Source: an uncultured virus (IMG/VR IMGVR_UViG_3300008120_000036) (lineage: Duplodnaviria; Heunggongvirae; Uroviricota; Caudoviricetes). From it: a stretch of 64,000 nucleotides of DNA. The notes under the pieces are model-generated. The model worked only from the letters and a program-made list of their open reading frames with translations, had not been told where the DNA came from and did not search any database. Shown piece after piece: positions 1-8,799 of the stretch; the stretch's first letter is position 1, and the number at the start of each line of letters is the position of its first letter. The position numbers were made by a program, and so were the translations under genes. The DNA lies in the IMG/VR virus record IMGVR_UViG_3300008120_000036; one strand, 5' to 3'.

Positions 1-141
1 AGCGGTTGTTTCATTTACATCTCTACCGCAAAGAAAACATTCACCGCGAACTTCATCTGCGATACGGCTTCTGCGTTTTCTATTTTGTTCAAACTCTTCA
101 TAAGTTGGAACAAGTGATGAATAGTCAAACTTAGTTATCAT
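1..141 (-). CDS. Hypothetical protein with a CxxC motif, truncated by the window edge
   Basis: ATG at 141-139 preceded by AAGGAGGT; reads MITKFDYSSLVPTYEEFEQNRKRRSRIADEVRGECFLCGRDV..., open to position 1; not in the ORF track. Confidence 0.7.
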   Translation of the reverse strand, partial: MITKFDYSSLVPTYEEFEQNRKRRSRIADEVRGECFLCGRDVNETTA

Positions 142-925
142 GATTACCTCCTTGGGGTAATTGGTGTTTTGTCTAAACACCATAGAAGGACATAGACCTC
201 ATAAATCTATGTCCAACTAAAGAATTTAGATTCTTACTGGTGCTATCTCCATTAACACTTATTAGACCGCCCATACTTATATCTACTCTTATCTATGAAT
301 TTGGCACTGCTACGATTTCTAGCAACCCCCGACTCTGAACACTTTGTAACTTTGTCTGCGACCTATCATTCATAAATATTCGCTCCGCTTAGAACGCTTA
401 GCGTTACATCTCGGTCAAAGCACCGATTAATGTTGGTTTGATTATTTACTCCCGATAAACCACTGTCACTGATATCCAGTTCACTCATCCTTATCTTGCA
501 GATGGGGTCTGACAGTTTGTTAACTCACTTAGTTATGTTTCCGTACTTCTGTAGTTTTAACACTAAGTCACATTTACTCCTACAGGTTCAACAGATGGGG
601 TACTTGACTACGCACTCGGTCTTTCCCTCAGCCCCAGTTCCCAATTGTCACTCCGTCTGTCACTTCGGATTGGTTATCGCACCCTTATCGGTTATGGTCG
701 TTGTTCGCTCCTAGATGCCTGTTGTCTTGAAGGCTATCGGTCTGAATCACACTCGCAAGTGAATCCGCATTCACTAGTAACAAACTAGATGTAGTCGGAT
801 TGTTCGGACTCTTAGGCAGTAACCGCGTTGGGCTGTTGGACTGCTGTTCTTTCACTCTATTTAGTTATCAATCTTCGTATGCGACCCTAACCCTTGCTCC
901 CCTGTCGGGGGGGCTAACCGTGCAT
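142..925 (-). ncRNA. Candidate large (~780 nt) structured non-coding RNA or very long structured leader
   Basis: No credible ORF; lies just downstream of the promoter at 932-960; more than 10 helices found by eye, several with G-U pairs that form only on the minus strand (e.g. 368-378/290-300, 203-214/188-199). Confidence 0.6.
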
Positions 926-931
926 GGGTCA

Positions 932-960
932 ATTATGCCTTATATATACATATGGTGCAA
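932..960 (-). promoter_or_regulatory. Sigma70-type promoter TTGCAC-N17-CATAAT
   Basis: -35 at 960-955, -10 at 937-932, exact 17-nt spacer. Confidence 0.7.
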
Positions 961-1004
961 GCATCTTCAGATACCTATTTATATGCGTGTTTTAGGCGTA
1001 TTTA

Positions 1005-1057
1005 GGGGGGGGTGGGGTCTGGGGGGTCTGGGGGGGGTCAAATCTGGGGGTCTGGGG
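1005..1057 (+). repeat. Six G-tracts with TCTGGGG(GG) repeats; G-quadruplex potential
   Basis: G runs at 1005-1012, 1014-1017, 1021-1026, 1030-1037, 1046-1050, 1054-1057. Confidence 0.8.
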
Positions 1058-1108
1058 CTATGAGGAGTGGGTCTTCTCCAGACCTATCCAGAAAAGTACT
1101 CATGGACT

Positions 1109-1490
1109 CCTGGCTGAAGTCCTGGCTGGTTTTGAGTACTTTTTAGAATCATTACGCGTAAATACTATGTAGTAACTGTGGATAACTATTAAAAAGTACT
1201 CAAAGAAGCCAGGGCGGAAGCCAGGCTGCTGAAAAGAGTGTCTTTTTATTTTGTATATACAATGTGCGTACAACTTAATATGCACTGGTGTAAATTAAAT
1301 TTAATTATGCACTGGTTTATATTTTGGTGAATTTGACTTTAGAAAAAATGTGACTAGACTTCACGAGTATCGTTTACGATTTATTAAGTACTGAGTATTA
1401 GTACTAAGTATCTATATATATAACTCTAATAATAAATACACTAGTGTAAATATGTAATACTCTATGTATCGGGTTGATTTCATCTAAACA
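1109..1490. other. Putative replication origin region
   Basis: Inverted repeat 1109-1145/1190-1225 with perfect 15-bp core TTTGAGTACTTTTTA; DnaA box TGTGGATAA at 1177-1185 between the arms; AT-rich tract ~1240-1490; directly upstream of the helicase/primase operon. Confidence 0.45.
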
Positions 1491-1502
1491 TTAAAGTATC
1501 GT
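1474..1502 (+). promoter_or_regulatory. Possible sigma70-type promoter TTGATT-N17-TATCGT for the replication operon
   Basis: Near-consensus hexamers with 17-nt spacer, ~35 nt upstream of ATG 1537. Confidence 0.4.
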
Positions 1503-1536
1503 TGAGTATAGACATTTAACGAATAGGAAAATAAAC

Positions 1537-1836
1537 ATGACAGAAACGATTGAAGTCCAGCCCCTCCCAAAAAAGACTGTTGCAAAACGCAACGGTATGA
1601 ACCCACACGGATTTCGGAATAACTCTGATTCGGCAAAGATTGTTGAGATAATGATTGCTGGTGGACTTGACCGCCAAGATATTAACGAGAAAGTTGCTGA
1701 TGCTATTACAACTGAAACTCGTAACGGACACCGTAAGAACATCCCATCATTAGTATCTGGATTACTCGCTCGTTTAGAAAAGCGCGGATATGTGATTGAG
1801 TCTTCTTGGAAATTAATCCCACCAACTAAAGAGTAA
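1537..1836 (+). CDS. Small basic putative DNA-binding (HTH-like) protein
   Basis: 99 aa; C-terminal 'SLVSGLLARLEKRGYVIE' resembles a winged-HTH recognition helix; first gene of the replication operon. Confidence 0.55.
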   Translation: MTETIEVQPLPKKTVAKRNGMNPHGFRNNSDSAKIVEIMIAGGLDRQDINEKVADAITTETRNGHRKNIPSLVSGLLARLEKRGYVIESSWKLIPPTKE

Positions 1837-1991
1837 TATGCACTGGGTGTAGATTATTTTTATATCTGCACCAGTGAAGATATGTGTTTTAGGTTGCGAT
1901 TGATAATTCAAAATGCTTAGATAGTTTTCTAGACGACCAAGGTGGTTGCAAGGTCTAGAATGAATTACTGGAGAGCGAAAGGGAATTATCA

Positions 1992-3272
1992 ATGTCAGTT
2001 AGTCCAGAAATATATTTAATTTCATCTATCCTTCGTGATGGCGATATGCAAATTGCTATGCAAAGGGGTGTTAACAATAATCAATTTCATGCCTGTCCTG
2101 ATGAATGGGAGTGGGTATCTAATTACTATCTGAAGCACCGCAAAGTTCCAACTAAGAATGCGTTTAGACAACAGTTCCCTGAGTTTGCACTGAAAGCCGT
2201 TAATGATACGGCGCACTATGCAGATGAAGTAAGAAAAGCACACGCTCGGTTTATGTTAACAAGTGTGATGCGTGATTCTGCGGATTACATTGCAGATGGA
2301 AATATTGACCAAGCGGTTAAAACTTTACATTCACAAATCATTAATATCTCGGCTGCAATTGGCGATACTAATAATGACAGCGACATTATGACTTCATGGC
2401 AAGATACTTTTGAAGAAGTAGCAAAGCGAGTTGACCGTGTTAAGGAACATGGAATGTCGGGTATTCCAACTGGATTTACAACACTTGATGAGCGCACTGG
2501 CGGACCACAACCAGGACATATGTGGATTGTAGGAGCGCGATTAGGTCAAGGTAAGTCTTGGACAATGATGCGAATGGCAACTGCTGCGGTTATGTCGGGA
2601 TACAGCGTTCAATATGATGCATTAGAACAGACTAGGGCTGAGGTTGCAATGCGTATCCATACTTTTTTATCTTCGGGTATCGGTAAAGATGTATTTAGAA
2701 ACCTTGACTTAATGATGGGTAGAAACTTTGAGTTAGATGCCTATAGGGAATTCCTGCATAGTTTGAAAGACCATGTGCAGGGTCGTCTTCATGTATCCGA
2801 TACTTCTCGCGGAAGAGTATCTACTTTGACTGTTGCTGCCCAGATTGAACGCAATAAGCCAGATATCGTATTTATTGATTACCTAACACTCATGGAAAAA
2901 TCTGGTGAAGGTGATTGGAAATCTATTTCTAAGTTATCGGGTGAAATAAAGAACCTTGCTATGGAATATCAAGTTCCTATCGTGGCTGCATCTCAATTGA
3001 ATAGAACAATGGGAATGGGTACGAAAGAACCTGCTGGTGCGGAAGCACTATCTCAGTCGGATTCTATTGGTCAAGATGCTGATGCAGTATTAACTATGCG
3101 CCAGACCTCACCATCTGTTATTCAGATGAAAATGGCTAAATATCGGCATGGACTTTCGGGATTCAAATGGTATTGCGAGTTTAAGCCCACGCAAGGTGTC
3201 TTTCGTGAAGTTACTTATGACCAAGCCCTTGCTATCAAAGATACTGATGACGATACTGAAGAGGCTGAATGA
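1992..3272 (+). CDS. dnaB: DnaB-like replicative helicase
   Basis: Walker A GARLGQGKS; IVFIDYL; SQLNR; DSIGQDAD; KYRHG motifs. Confidence 0.95.
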   Translation: MSVSPEIYLISSILRDGDMQIAMQRGVNNNQFHACPDEWEWVSNYYLKHRKVPTKNAFRQQFPEFALKAVNDTAHYADEVRKAHARFMLTSVMRDSADYIADGNIDQAVKTLHSQIINISAAIGDTNNDSDIMTSWQDTFEEVAKRVDRVKEHGMSGIPTGFTTLDERTGGPQPGHMWIVGARLGQGKSWTMMRMATAAVMSGYSVQYDALEQTRAEVAMRIHTFLSSGIGKDVFRNLDLMMGRNFELDAYREFLHSLKDHVQGRLHVSDTSRGRVSTLTVAAQIERNKPDIVFIDYLTLMEKSGEGDWKSISKLSGEIKNLAMEYQVPIVAASQLNRTMGMGTKEPAGAEALSQSDSIGQDADAVLTMRQTSPSVIQMKMAKYRHGLSGFKWYCEFKPTQGVFREVTYDQALAIKDTDDDTEEAE

Positions 3273-3448
3273 TGCCTGTTAAAAAAGTAAAGATGAAAGC
3301 ATCAAAGAAAAAAGAAGATGACTTTTTTATGGTGATACCTATGAAAAATTGGCAAGATAAAGCGTTGAGATTTTTTGCTTATTTAATCGGGTTTCGCGCT
3401 ACTGGAAAGATTTATGTAATTACTATCAATAAGGAATCATTAAAATGA
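3269..3448 (+). CDS. Hypothetical 59-aa protein
   Basis: Manually translated (MMPVKKVKMK...NKESLK); ATGA overlaps with both the helicase stop and the primase start. Confidence 0.6.
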   Translation: MMPVKKVKMKASKKKEDDFFMVIPMKNWQDKALRFFAYLIGFRATGKIYVITINKESLK

Positions 3449-4317
3449 GCGATTATTCAAAGATAGTTGAATCCACTTTTCAGATAGGTCTGCGTTCGGG
3501 TGATGAATGGATGTGCCGTTGTCTATGGCATGATGACTCTTCTGCATCCCTACAGTTCAATATCCGTAAAGGTGTTTATGTCTGTTTCGGCTGTGGGGTA
3601 AAAGGCAATATCAAATCACTCATGCGCTTTCTTGGAAGGCGTTTTGAAGATATCGGTACGGATATTGCGGATATCACTGCCAAGTTAGATGCGCTTGATG
3701 AGCAAGCAGGTAAGTCAACTAAGTTAAAACCATTGCCTGAATCTATATTGAAGAGATATGACTTTCCTACCGAGTACTGGCATAGTCGCGGATTTACTGA
3801 TGCCACTATCAAAGCGTTTGACTTGGGATATGACCCTATTGAAGACGAGGCTACTATTCCTGTCCGTACTAGCAGTGGGGATTTGATTGGAACTATCAAG
3901 CGTAGATTAAGTGCTGATTATGGTCCGAGATATATGTATCCAAAAGGTTTTCCGCGAAAGACCTCATTATTTGCTTCATGGCTTGTCGCTAAGACAATTA
4001 CGGATGAAGTGGCAGTGACTGAAGGTGCGGTTGACTCAATGACTTTGTGGCAGATTGGCGTTCCTTCGGTAGCACAATATGGAAGTGCTATATCTAGAGA
4101 GCAAGTTTCCCTGCTACGCCGTCTTGGTATTAATAGATTAATTTTGTTTTACGATAATGATAATGCTGGCGAAAAGGCTCTAGATACAGCACTAGAACTA
4201 ACGAGAGATTTCTTGATTCGTGTCGTAGAATATAAGAAGGGCGACCCTAAAGACCCTAACGGTTTTGATTCTGATACATTACGGAATCGCATAGAGTTTG
4301 CTAGGTTGGTCTTATGA
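3445..4317 (+). CDS. dnaG: DNA primase (CHC2 zinc finger + TOPRIM)
   Basis: CLWHDD...CFGCG zinc finger; TEGAVD and FYDNDNAG TOPRIM motifs; adjacent to helicase. Confidence 0.92.
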   Translation: MSDYSKIVESTFQIGLRSGDEWMCRCLWHDDSSASLQFNIRKGVYVCFGCGVKGNIKSLMRFLGRRFEDIGTDIADITAKLDALDEQAGKSTKLKPLPESILKRYDFPTEYWHSRGFTDATIKAFDLGYDPIEDEATIPVRTSSGDLIGTIKRRLSADYGPRYMYPKGFPRKTSLFASWLVAKTITDEVAVTEGAVDSMTLWQIGVPSVAQYGSAISREQVSLLRRLGINRLILFYDNDNAGEKALDTALELTRDFLIRVVEYKKGDPKDPNGFDSDTLRNRIEFARLVL

Positions 4318-4346
4318 CCTTTCGCTCTCCAGCGACCTAGCAAATA

Positions 4347-4389
4347 GAATCCCTCCAGTACACCACCACCACACCTACTGGGGGGATTC
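4347..4389. terminator. Hairpin between convergent primase and endolysin genes
   Basis: GAATCCCTCCAGTA...TACTGGGGGGATTC stem; second stem TTGCTAGGT...ACCTAGCAA at ~4298-4342. Confidence 0.6.
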
Positions 4390-4403
4390 GCCTTTGCTAA
4401 TAC

Positions 4404-4949
4404 TTATTTCTTTTTAGATTTATTTAATTCTTCACGCAACAATTTGATTTCAGCCTCTAGTTTATTTAACCTAGCATTGTAATCAATTTCTGCATAAGGC
4501 TTTTTTAATTTTGGTGCTGCAACACTAGCCTTTATTTGATTAACTAGTTTAGGTTGATTCATCCACCAGAACCAAGGAGATGTGTCGTCACCGTGACCTT
4601 GTTTAATACTTATATGCAGATGTTTGCTATGCGAATTACTGCCACTGTACTTTCTATTGCCTTCTTTTGCTCTTGCCTTAGACCAAATTTTACTATTAAA
4701 AATTAAGTAATCAACGCGTTCATCTTCTTTTAACTTTTCAAATATTACGGCGCAATCTATTCCATTCTTCGGGTCATGAGTTAAATCAACAGCGTGACCA
4801 GTATTGTGGTCTGAATCTGGACTTGCTTTTTGATGTGCAAGAGATGGTAATAATCCGTCAGATGCTTTCTTTCTTTGTGGCGATATTGCAGTTGCTTGTC
4901 GTAATACTGCTAATGCAGCAGGAGTTGCTTTCTTAACTAACGGTTTCAT
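4404..4949 (-). CDS. Endolysin, M15/LAS-type zinc peptidase
   Basis: SDHNTGHAVD (H-x6-D) and HSKHLHIS motifs; at the end of the late operon. Confidence 0.7.
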   Translation of the reverse strand: MKPLVKKATPAALAVLRQATAISPQRKKASDGLLPSLAHQKASPDSDHNTGHAVDLTHDPKNGIDCAVIFEKLKEDERVDYLIFNSKIWSKARAKEGNRKYSGSNSHSKHLHISIKQGHGDDTSPWFWWMNQPKLVNQIKASVAAPKLKKPYAEIDYNARLNKLEAEIKLLREELNKSKKK

Positions 4950-4960
4950 ACATTTTTCCT

Positions 4961-5083
4961 TTATCTATATTGAGGTTCACCTTCACAGCAATTTGCTTTT
5001 TGCTTACAGTGTGGGCAAAGCCAGCGTGTTTCTATCGGATTAAAAGCCTCTTGGCAATAATCACAATTTATACTACTTGCCAT
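4961..5083 (-). CDS. 40-aa zinc-finger microprotein
   Basis: MASSINCDYC...WLCPHCKQKANCCEGEPQYR; manually translated. Confidence 0.55.
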   Translation of the reverse strand: MASSINCDYCQEAFNPIETRWLCPHCKQKANCCEGEPQYR

Positions 5084-5156
5084 ATTTCATCCATATGTAC
5101 ATAACTACCATTCCAGTAGCCATACAATACAGAGGAAATATTAAATCCCAAAACAT
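5073..5156 (-). CDS. 27-aa hydrophobic single-TM micropeptide
   Basis: MFWDLIFPLYCMATGMVVMYIWMKYGK; fills the gap after the fibre gene stop. Confidence 0.35.
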   Translation of the reverse strand: MFWDLIFPLYCMATGMVVMYIWMKYGK

Positions 5157-5157
5157 A

Positions 5158-6552
5158 TTAGTTTGGATATCTAATAATTACGATACCAGAGCCACCGTTG
5201 TAACCACCAGTACCACCGTTTTCTCCACCTCCGCCACCACCACCTGTATTAGCAGTACCAGCACTTCCAGCAATTCTTGTAGCACTACCAGTACGATTTG
5301 CACCATTACCACCGCCACCTAAACCACCTGTACCAGCATTCAAACTATAATCTTCATCTCCTGCTCCGCCACCACCTGCATAGTAATAAAAACCGCCTAC
5401 AAGTTGACCAGTATTAGTTGCATAACCAAATGAATTAATAGCAACTCCGTTACCTCCGTTGCCACCATGTTGACCAACAGCACCAGCACTACCAGCAGCA
5501 CCAGCACCTCCACCTCCACCAGACTTACCTTGACTTCCATTACCACCTGCAAAACCTTGACCTAAAGTACCAGAGCCACCAGTAGTCGTACCTGCAACTT
5601 CTGAGTATCCACCTCCACCGCCTGAACCACCAGTAAGTCCTACGCCAGTAGAAACATTTCCTCCACTACCAACATAACTTCCTCCACCACCGCCACCTAC
5701 AGACTGAATATTCATAAAACCAGATGATGAACCAGAAGTACCAGCACCAGTTACATTTGAATTTCCTGAGCCACCACTACCTACAATTGCTGAAAATGAA
5801 ACGCCAGCATTTAATTTAAGTTTACCTTCAAGACCACTACCTCCACCAGTAGCCTCTGCTGTACATCTTAGTCCACCAGCACCACCACCTGAGTTAATTC
5901 TTGAACCACCACCACCTCCAGCAACTACTAAATACTCTAAATTTGTGATATTTTCTAATGCGGTGAAAGTTCCACTAGAAGTAAATGTGTGATAGGTATA
6001 TTGACTATCTGCGGTGATAGTTCCACCAGATGCTCGGTGTGCGCCAATACCATATAGAGTGACTGTTGAATGTTGAACCCAATTACCTGAACTGGGAACA
6101 ATTGCAATTGATGTTATTGCTGACGAATTAGCCCATAAACCAGAGTTAATAGCAAGTATTTTTACTGTTGTGGAATTTTCTACAACTGTATCTATAGATA
6201 TAGATTTAGTATTACTACTAGTATAATTTGAAATATATGCTTCTGAGTTAGAAAAAGTAGAAGCGGTTGTTATACTAGAATTTCCAAAAAACCATTTAAT
6301 TCCAGTAGATGATTGGCTTGCGCTTGCTGGACTACTACCAATTCCATAAAGCATTTTTTCTGAGTAGTTAGTAGTTGTACCATTAAATTGCAATATAGCA
6401 TCAGAATATCCACTAGATTCAGTTCCAGTATTACGAACAGAAGCGACAATTTTTAAGTCATTATAGTTTTGTGGAATATTAGTAAATTGAATCGTAGAAG
6501 AGCCACCACTACCAACGGTAATAGTTTGAATAGGAACATAACCTTGTGCCAT
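5158..6552 (-). CDS. Glycine-rich tail fibre/adhesin-like virion protein (cassette B, gene 3)
   Basis: Beta-rich N-domain + Gly-rich domain (YLVVAGGGGG...GGSGIVIIRY); distal to the baseplate genes. Confidence 0.7.
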   Translation of the reverse strand: MAQGYVPIQTITVGSGGSSTIQFTNIPQNYNDLKIVASVRNTGTESSGYSDAILQFNGTTTNYSEKMLYGIGSSPASASQSSTGIKWFFGNSSITTASTFSNSEAYISNYTSSNTKSISIDTVVENSTTVKILAINSGLWANSSAITSIAIVPSSGNWVQHSTVTLYGIGAHRASGGTITADSQYTYHTFTSSGTFTALENITNLEYLVVAGGGGGSRINSGGGAGGLRCTAEATGGGSGLEGKLKLNAGVSFSAIVGSGGSGNSNVTGAGTSGSSSGFMNIQSVGGGGGGSYVGSGGNVSTGVGLTGGSGGGGGYSEVAGTTTGGSGTLGQGFAGGNGSQGKSGGGGGAGAAGSAGAVGQHGGNGGNGVAINSFGYATNTGQLVGGFYYYAGGGGAGDEDYSLNAGTGGLGGGGNGANRTGSATRIAGSAGTANTGGGGGGGENGGTGGYNGGSGIVIIRYPN

Positions 6553-7907
6553 TAGACTGGATACCTCACAATCACAATTCCAGAGCCACCTAAGCCATCT
6601 CTTGCTCCACCACCGCCACCAGTATTAGCAGTACCAGATAAGCCAGCACCAGTATTACCATATCCTCTACCTCCACCACCAGTACCACCAGCACCGCCAG
6701 CGTAAGTGCCACCTTCAGCACCGCCTCCTCCACCACCAGCATAGTAACCGCTTACACCAGTGCCAGTTGCAGTTGCCCAAGTTGAGTGAGCATTAGAACC
6801 AATACCACCATAGCCACCAGCACGATTATCACCAAAACCACCTTCTCCAGCACCACCAGCACCACCACCTCCAGCACCAGCAGCATTTCCATTACCAGCA
6901 TAACCAGTTCCACCGTTGTATCCCTCAACAGGTGTATAAGAACCTTCGTTTCCAAATCCTTCAACTGCTGGAGATGCTTGACCATTATTATTATCTCTGC
7001 GATTACCTGCACCACCACCAGAACCACCATTACCGCCTGAAAATAGTACTGTACGCCCTGCTACTGTTGCATTACCACCTAAACCTCCACCAGTAGATGA
7101 AAATGTAGTCATTCCAGAACCAGAGATTGATGAGTTACTTCCTTTATTATTAAGAGCAGCACCAGCACCAACAGTAATAGTGTAATTTGTTGAAGTAAAA
7201 CTTTGGTTTGTTGCTGACCTGTATCCACCAGCACCACCACCTCCATAATAAGTATGGCTTCCACCTCCACCGCCTCCTGCAACAACTAGATAATCTACAG
7301 TTAGAGAAGAATTAGGAGTAAATGCTCCAGAAGTTGTAAACGCATGATACCAATAAGTGCCATCAGTTGTAATAATATCTCCACCAGTTGCTTTCGGTGA
7401 TTTTGCTGCTTCAATACCGTATAAAGTAAATATAGAGCCTGATTGAATAATTGCAGTTCCATCAAAACCTTTTATTTCAAGTGAAGTTATAGGATTAGTA
7501 TTACGCCATAAACCTGTGTAGGCTTCTACCCCACCTTCTGAGTTATATCTATTTAACCATGTTTTATATGTTGTATTATTGGAATAATTCATTAAATTTA
7601 ATGTAATTGTTTGTCTAGTGCTTGAACCCTGAGCCGTGACATCAGCAGTAATACGAGCCTGATTTGCATTATTACCACGACCACTAGATGCTGCGCTTCC
7701 AGTTGATGAAACTCTAACATGAGAATAATTGCTACCAGTATCCCCATTTAATCTAATAAACAAAGAAGAGTTAGAAACAGTTAAAGAATAATTTACTTGT
7801 AATATTAGGTCGGTATAATTTTTCGGTAAATTAGAAAATGTTACAGATGCCGTATTACTACTTAAAGTTTGACTAGCAATTTTTATATGTGTTTTACCTG
7901 CTGGCAT
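6552..7907 (-). CDS. Glycine-rich tail fibre/adhesin-like virion protein (cassette B, gene 2)
   Basis: Same architecture; ends GGSGIVIVRYPV. Confidence 0.7.
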   Translation of the reverse strand: MPAGKTHIKIASQTLSSNTASVTFSNLPKNYTDLILQVNYSLTVSNSSLFIRLNGDTGSNYSHVRVSSTGSAASSGRGNNANQARITADVTAQGSSTRQTITLNLMNYSNNTTYKTWLNRYNSEGGVEAYTGLWRNTNPITSLEIKGFDGTAIIQSGSIFTLYGIEAAKSPKATGGDIITTDGTYWYHAFTTSGAFTPNSSLTVDYLVVAGGGGGGSHTYYGGGGAGGYRSATNQSFTSTNYTITVGAGAALNNKGSNSSISGSGMTTFSSTGGGLGGNATVAGRTVLFSGGNGGSGGGAGNRRDNNNGQASPAVEGFGNEGSYTPVEGYNGGTGYAGNGNAAGAGGGGAGGAGEGGFGDNRAGGYGGIGSNAHSTWATATGTGVSGYYAGGGGGGAEGGTYAGGAGGTGGGGRGYGNTGAGLSGTANTGGGGGARDGLGGSGIVIVRYPV

Positions 7908-8527
7908 TATATACTCCTAATTCCATACAAAGCAAAATTTGAATGTTGCATAAAATTTACTAAACAAGTAATTCTTAATCTTGAAATTGATGCTGTTGTA
8001 TTGTAAAAACTACTTGCAAGTAAAATTGCTCCTAAATCTCCATTGGTTGGTCCGCCGTTAGTATCAAAACCAGAAAGTGCTTTTACTGTCTTATTTTTAT
8101 TTGAGTTTGAATAATCTATAATATCTATTATTCCAGAGCCGAAATTTGATGGATGAGTATAGGCAGCACCTCCACTAACATCTGTTATTAAAGCAATATA
8201 TGGATTGTTTGTTGCAGCGAGCGCAGATGAACCGTTACCATACAGCCAATGTGCGTTAGTTGTATTTATATTACCGCTATTTATTTGCACAGCAATAACA
8301 TCACCGCTATTACCATTGTAATCTCTAGTTGACCTAGCAGTAAATCTTATCTGTAAATGAGTATAGTTTTGTGGGATATTATCAAAAATAATTTCTGAAG
8401 CACCAGAACTGCCAACTACTACAGTCGCAATACTCTCAAAATAACCTGGAAATGTTTCACCATCCCACAACTTAGACGACTTAGCACCAGTTGCGATACT
8501 GGAGTTACTAAATCGTCTAATAGCCAT
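7907..8527 (-). CDS. Virion fibre-associated beta protein (cassette B, gene 1)
   Basis: IPQNYTHLQIR and FALYGI motifs; paralogous to 11887-12474 and to the fibre N-domains. Confidence 0.65.
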   Translation of the reverse strand: MAIRRFSNSSIATGAKSSKLWDGETFPGYFESIATVVVGSSGASEIIFDNIPQNYTHLQIRFTARSTRDYNGNSGDVIAVQINSGNINTTNAHWLYGNGSSALAATNNPYIALITDVSGGAAYTHPSNFGSGIIDIIDYSNSNKNKTVKALSGFDTNGGPTNGDLGAILLASSFYNTTASISRLRITCLVNFMQHSNFALYGIRSI

Positions 8528-8562
8528 GATTCAATCCTTTGTACAGAAAGTAAGGTTTATTT

Positions 8563-8799
8563 TTAGAGTACGAGTACTTCTGCTTCTTCAGCAGTAAGCG
8601 GTTCACCAGCGACAAGTTTTGCCTTTGCTGATGCTTTGAGTGCTGCCTTTGCTGCTTCTGCTTCTTCGCGTGCTACACGGTCTGCTTCTGCTTGTGCAGC
8701 CATTTGGTCACGCTCGGCAATTTCAGCAGGTGTCAATGGAACAATCTTTGTTTGTCCAGTGGCACAGTCAACTACAACCTTAGTCAATTGCTCGCTCAT
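8563..8799 (-). CDS. Small fibre-associated protein (possible chaperone)
   Basis: 78 aa, helical, LTPAEIAER motif; lies between the fibre cassettes. Confidence 0.55.
   Translation of the reverse strand: MSEQLTKVVVDCATGQTKIVPLTPAEIAERDQMAAQAEADRVAREEAEAAKAALKASAKAKLVAGEPLTAEEAEVLVL

Noticed and set aside
496..1285. ORFs 496-714, 800-1063 and 1100-1285
   Set aside because: No RBS and unprotein-like composition; they overlap the structured RNA, G-tract and inverted repeat
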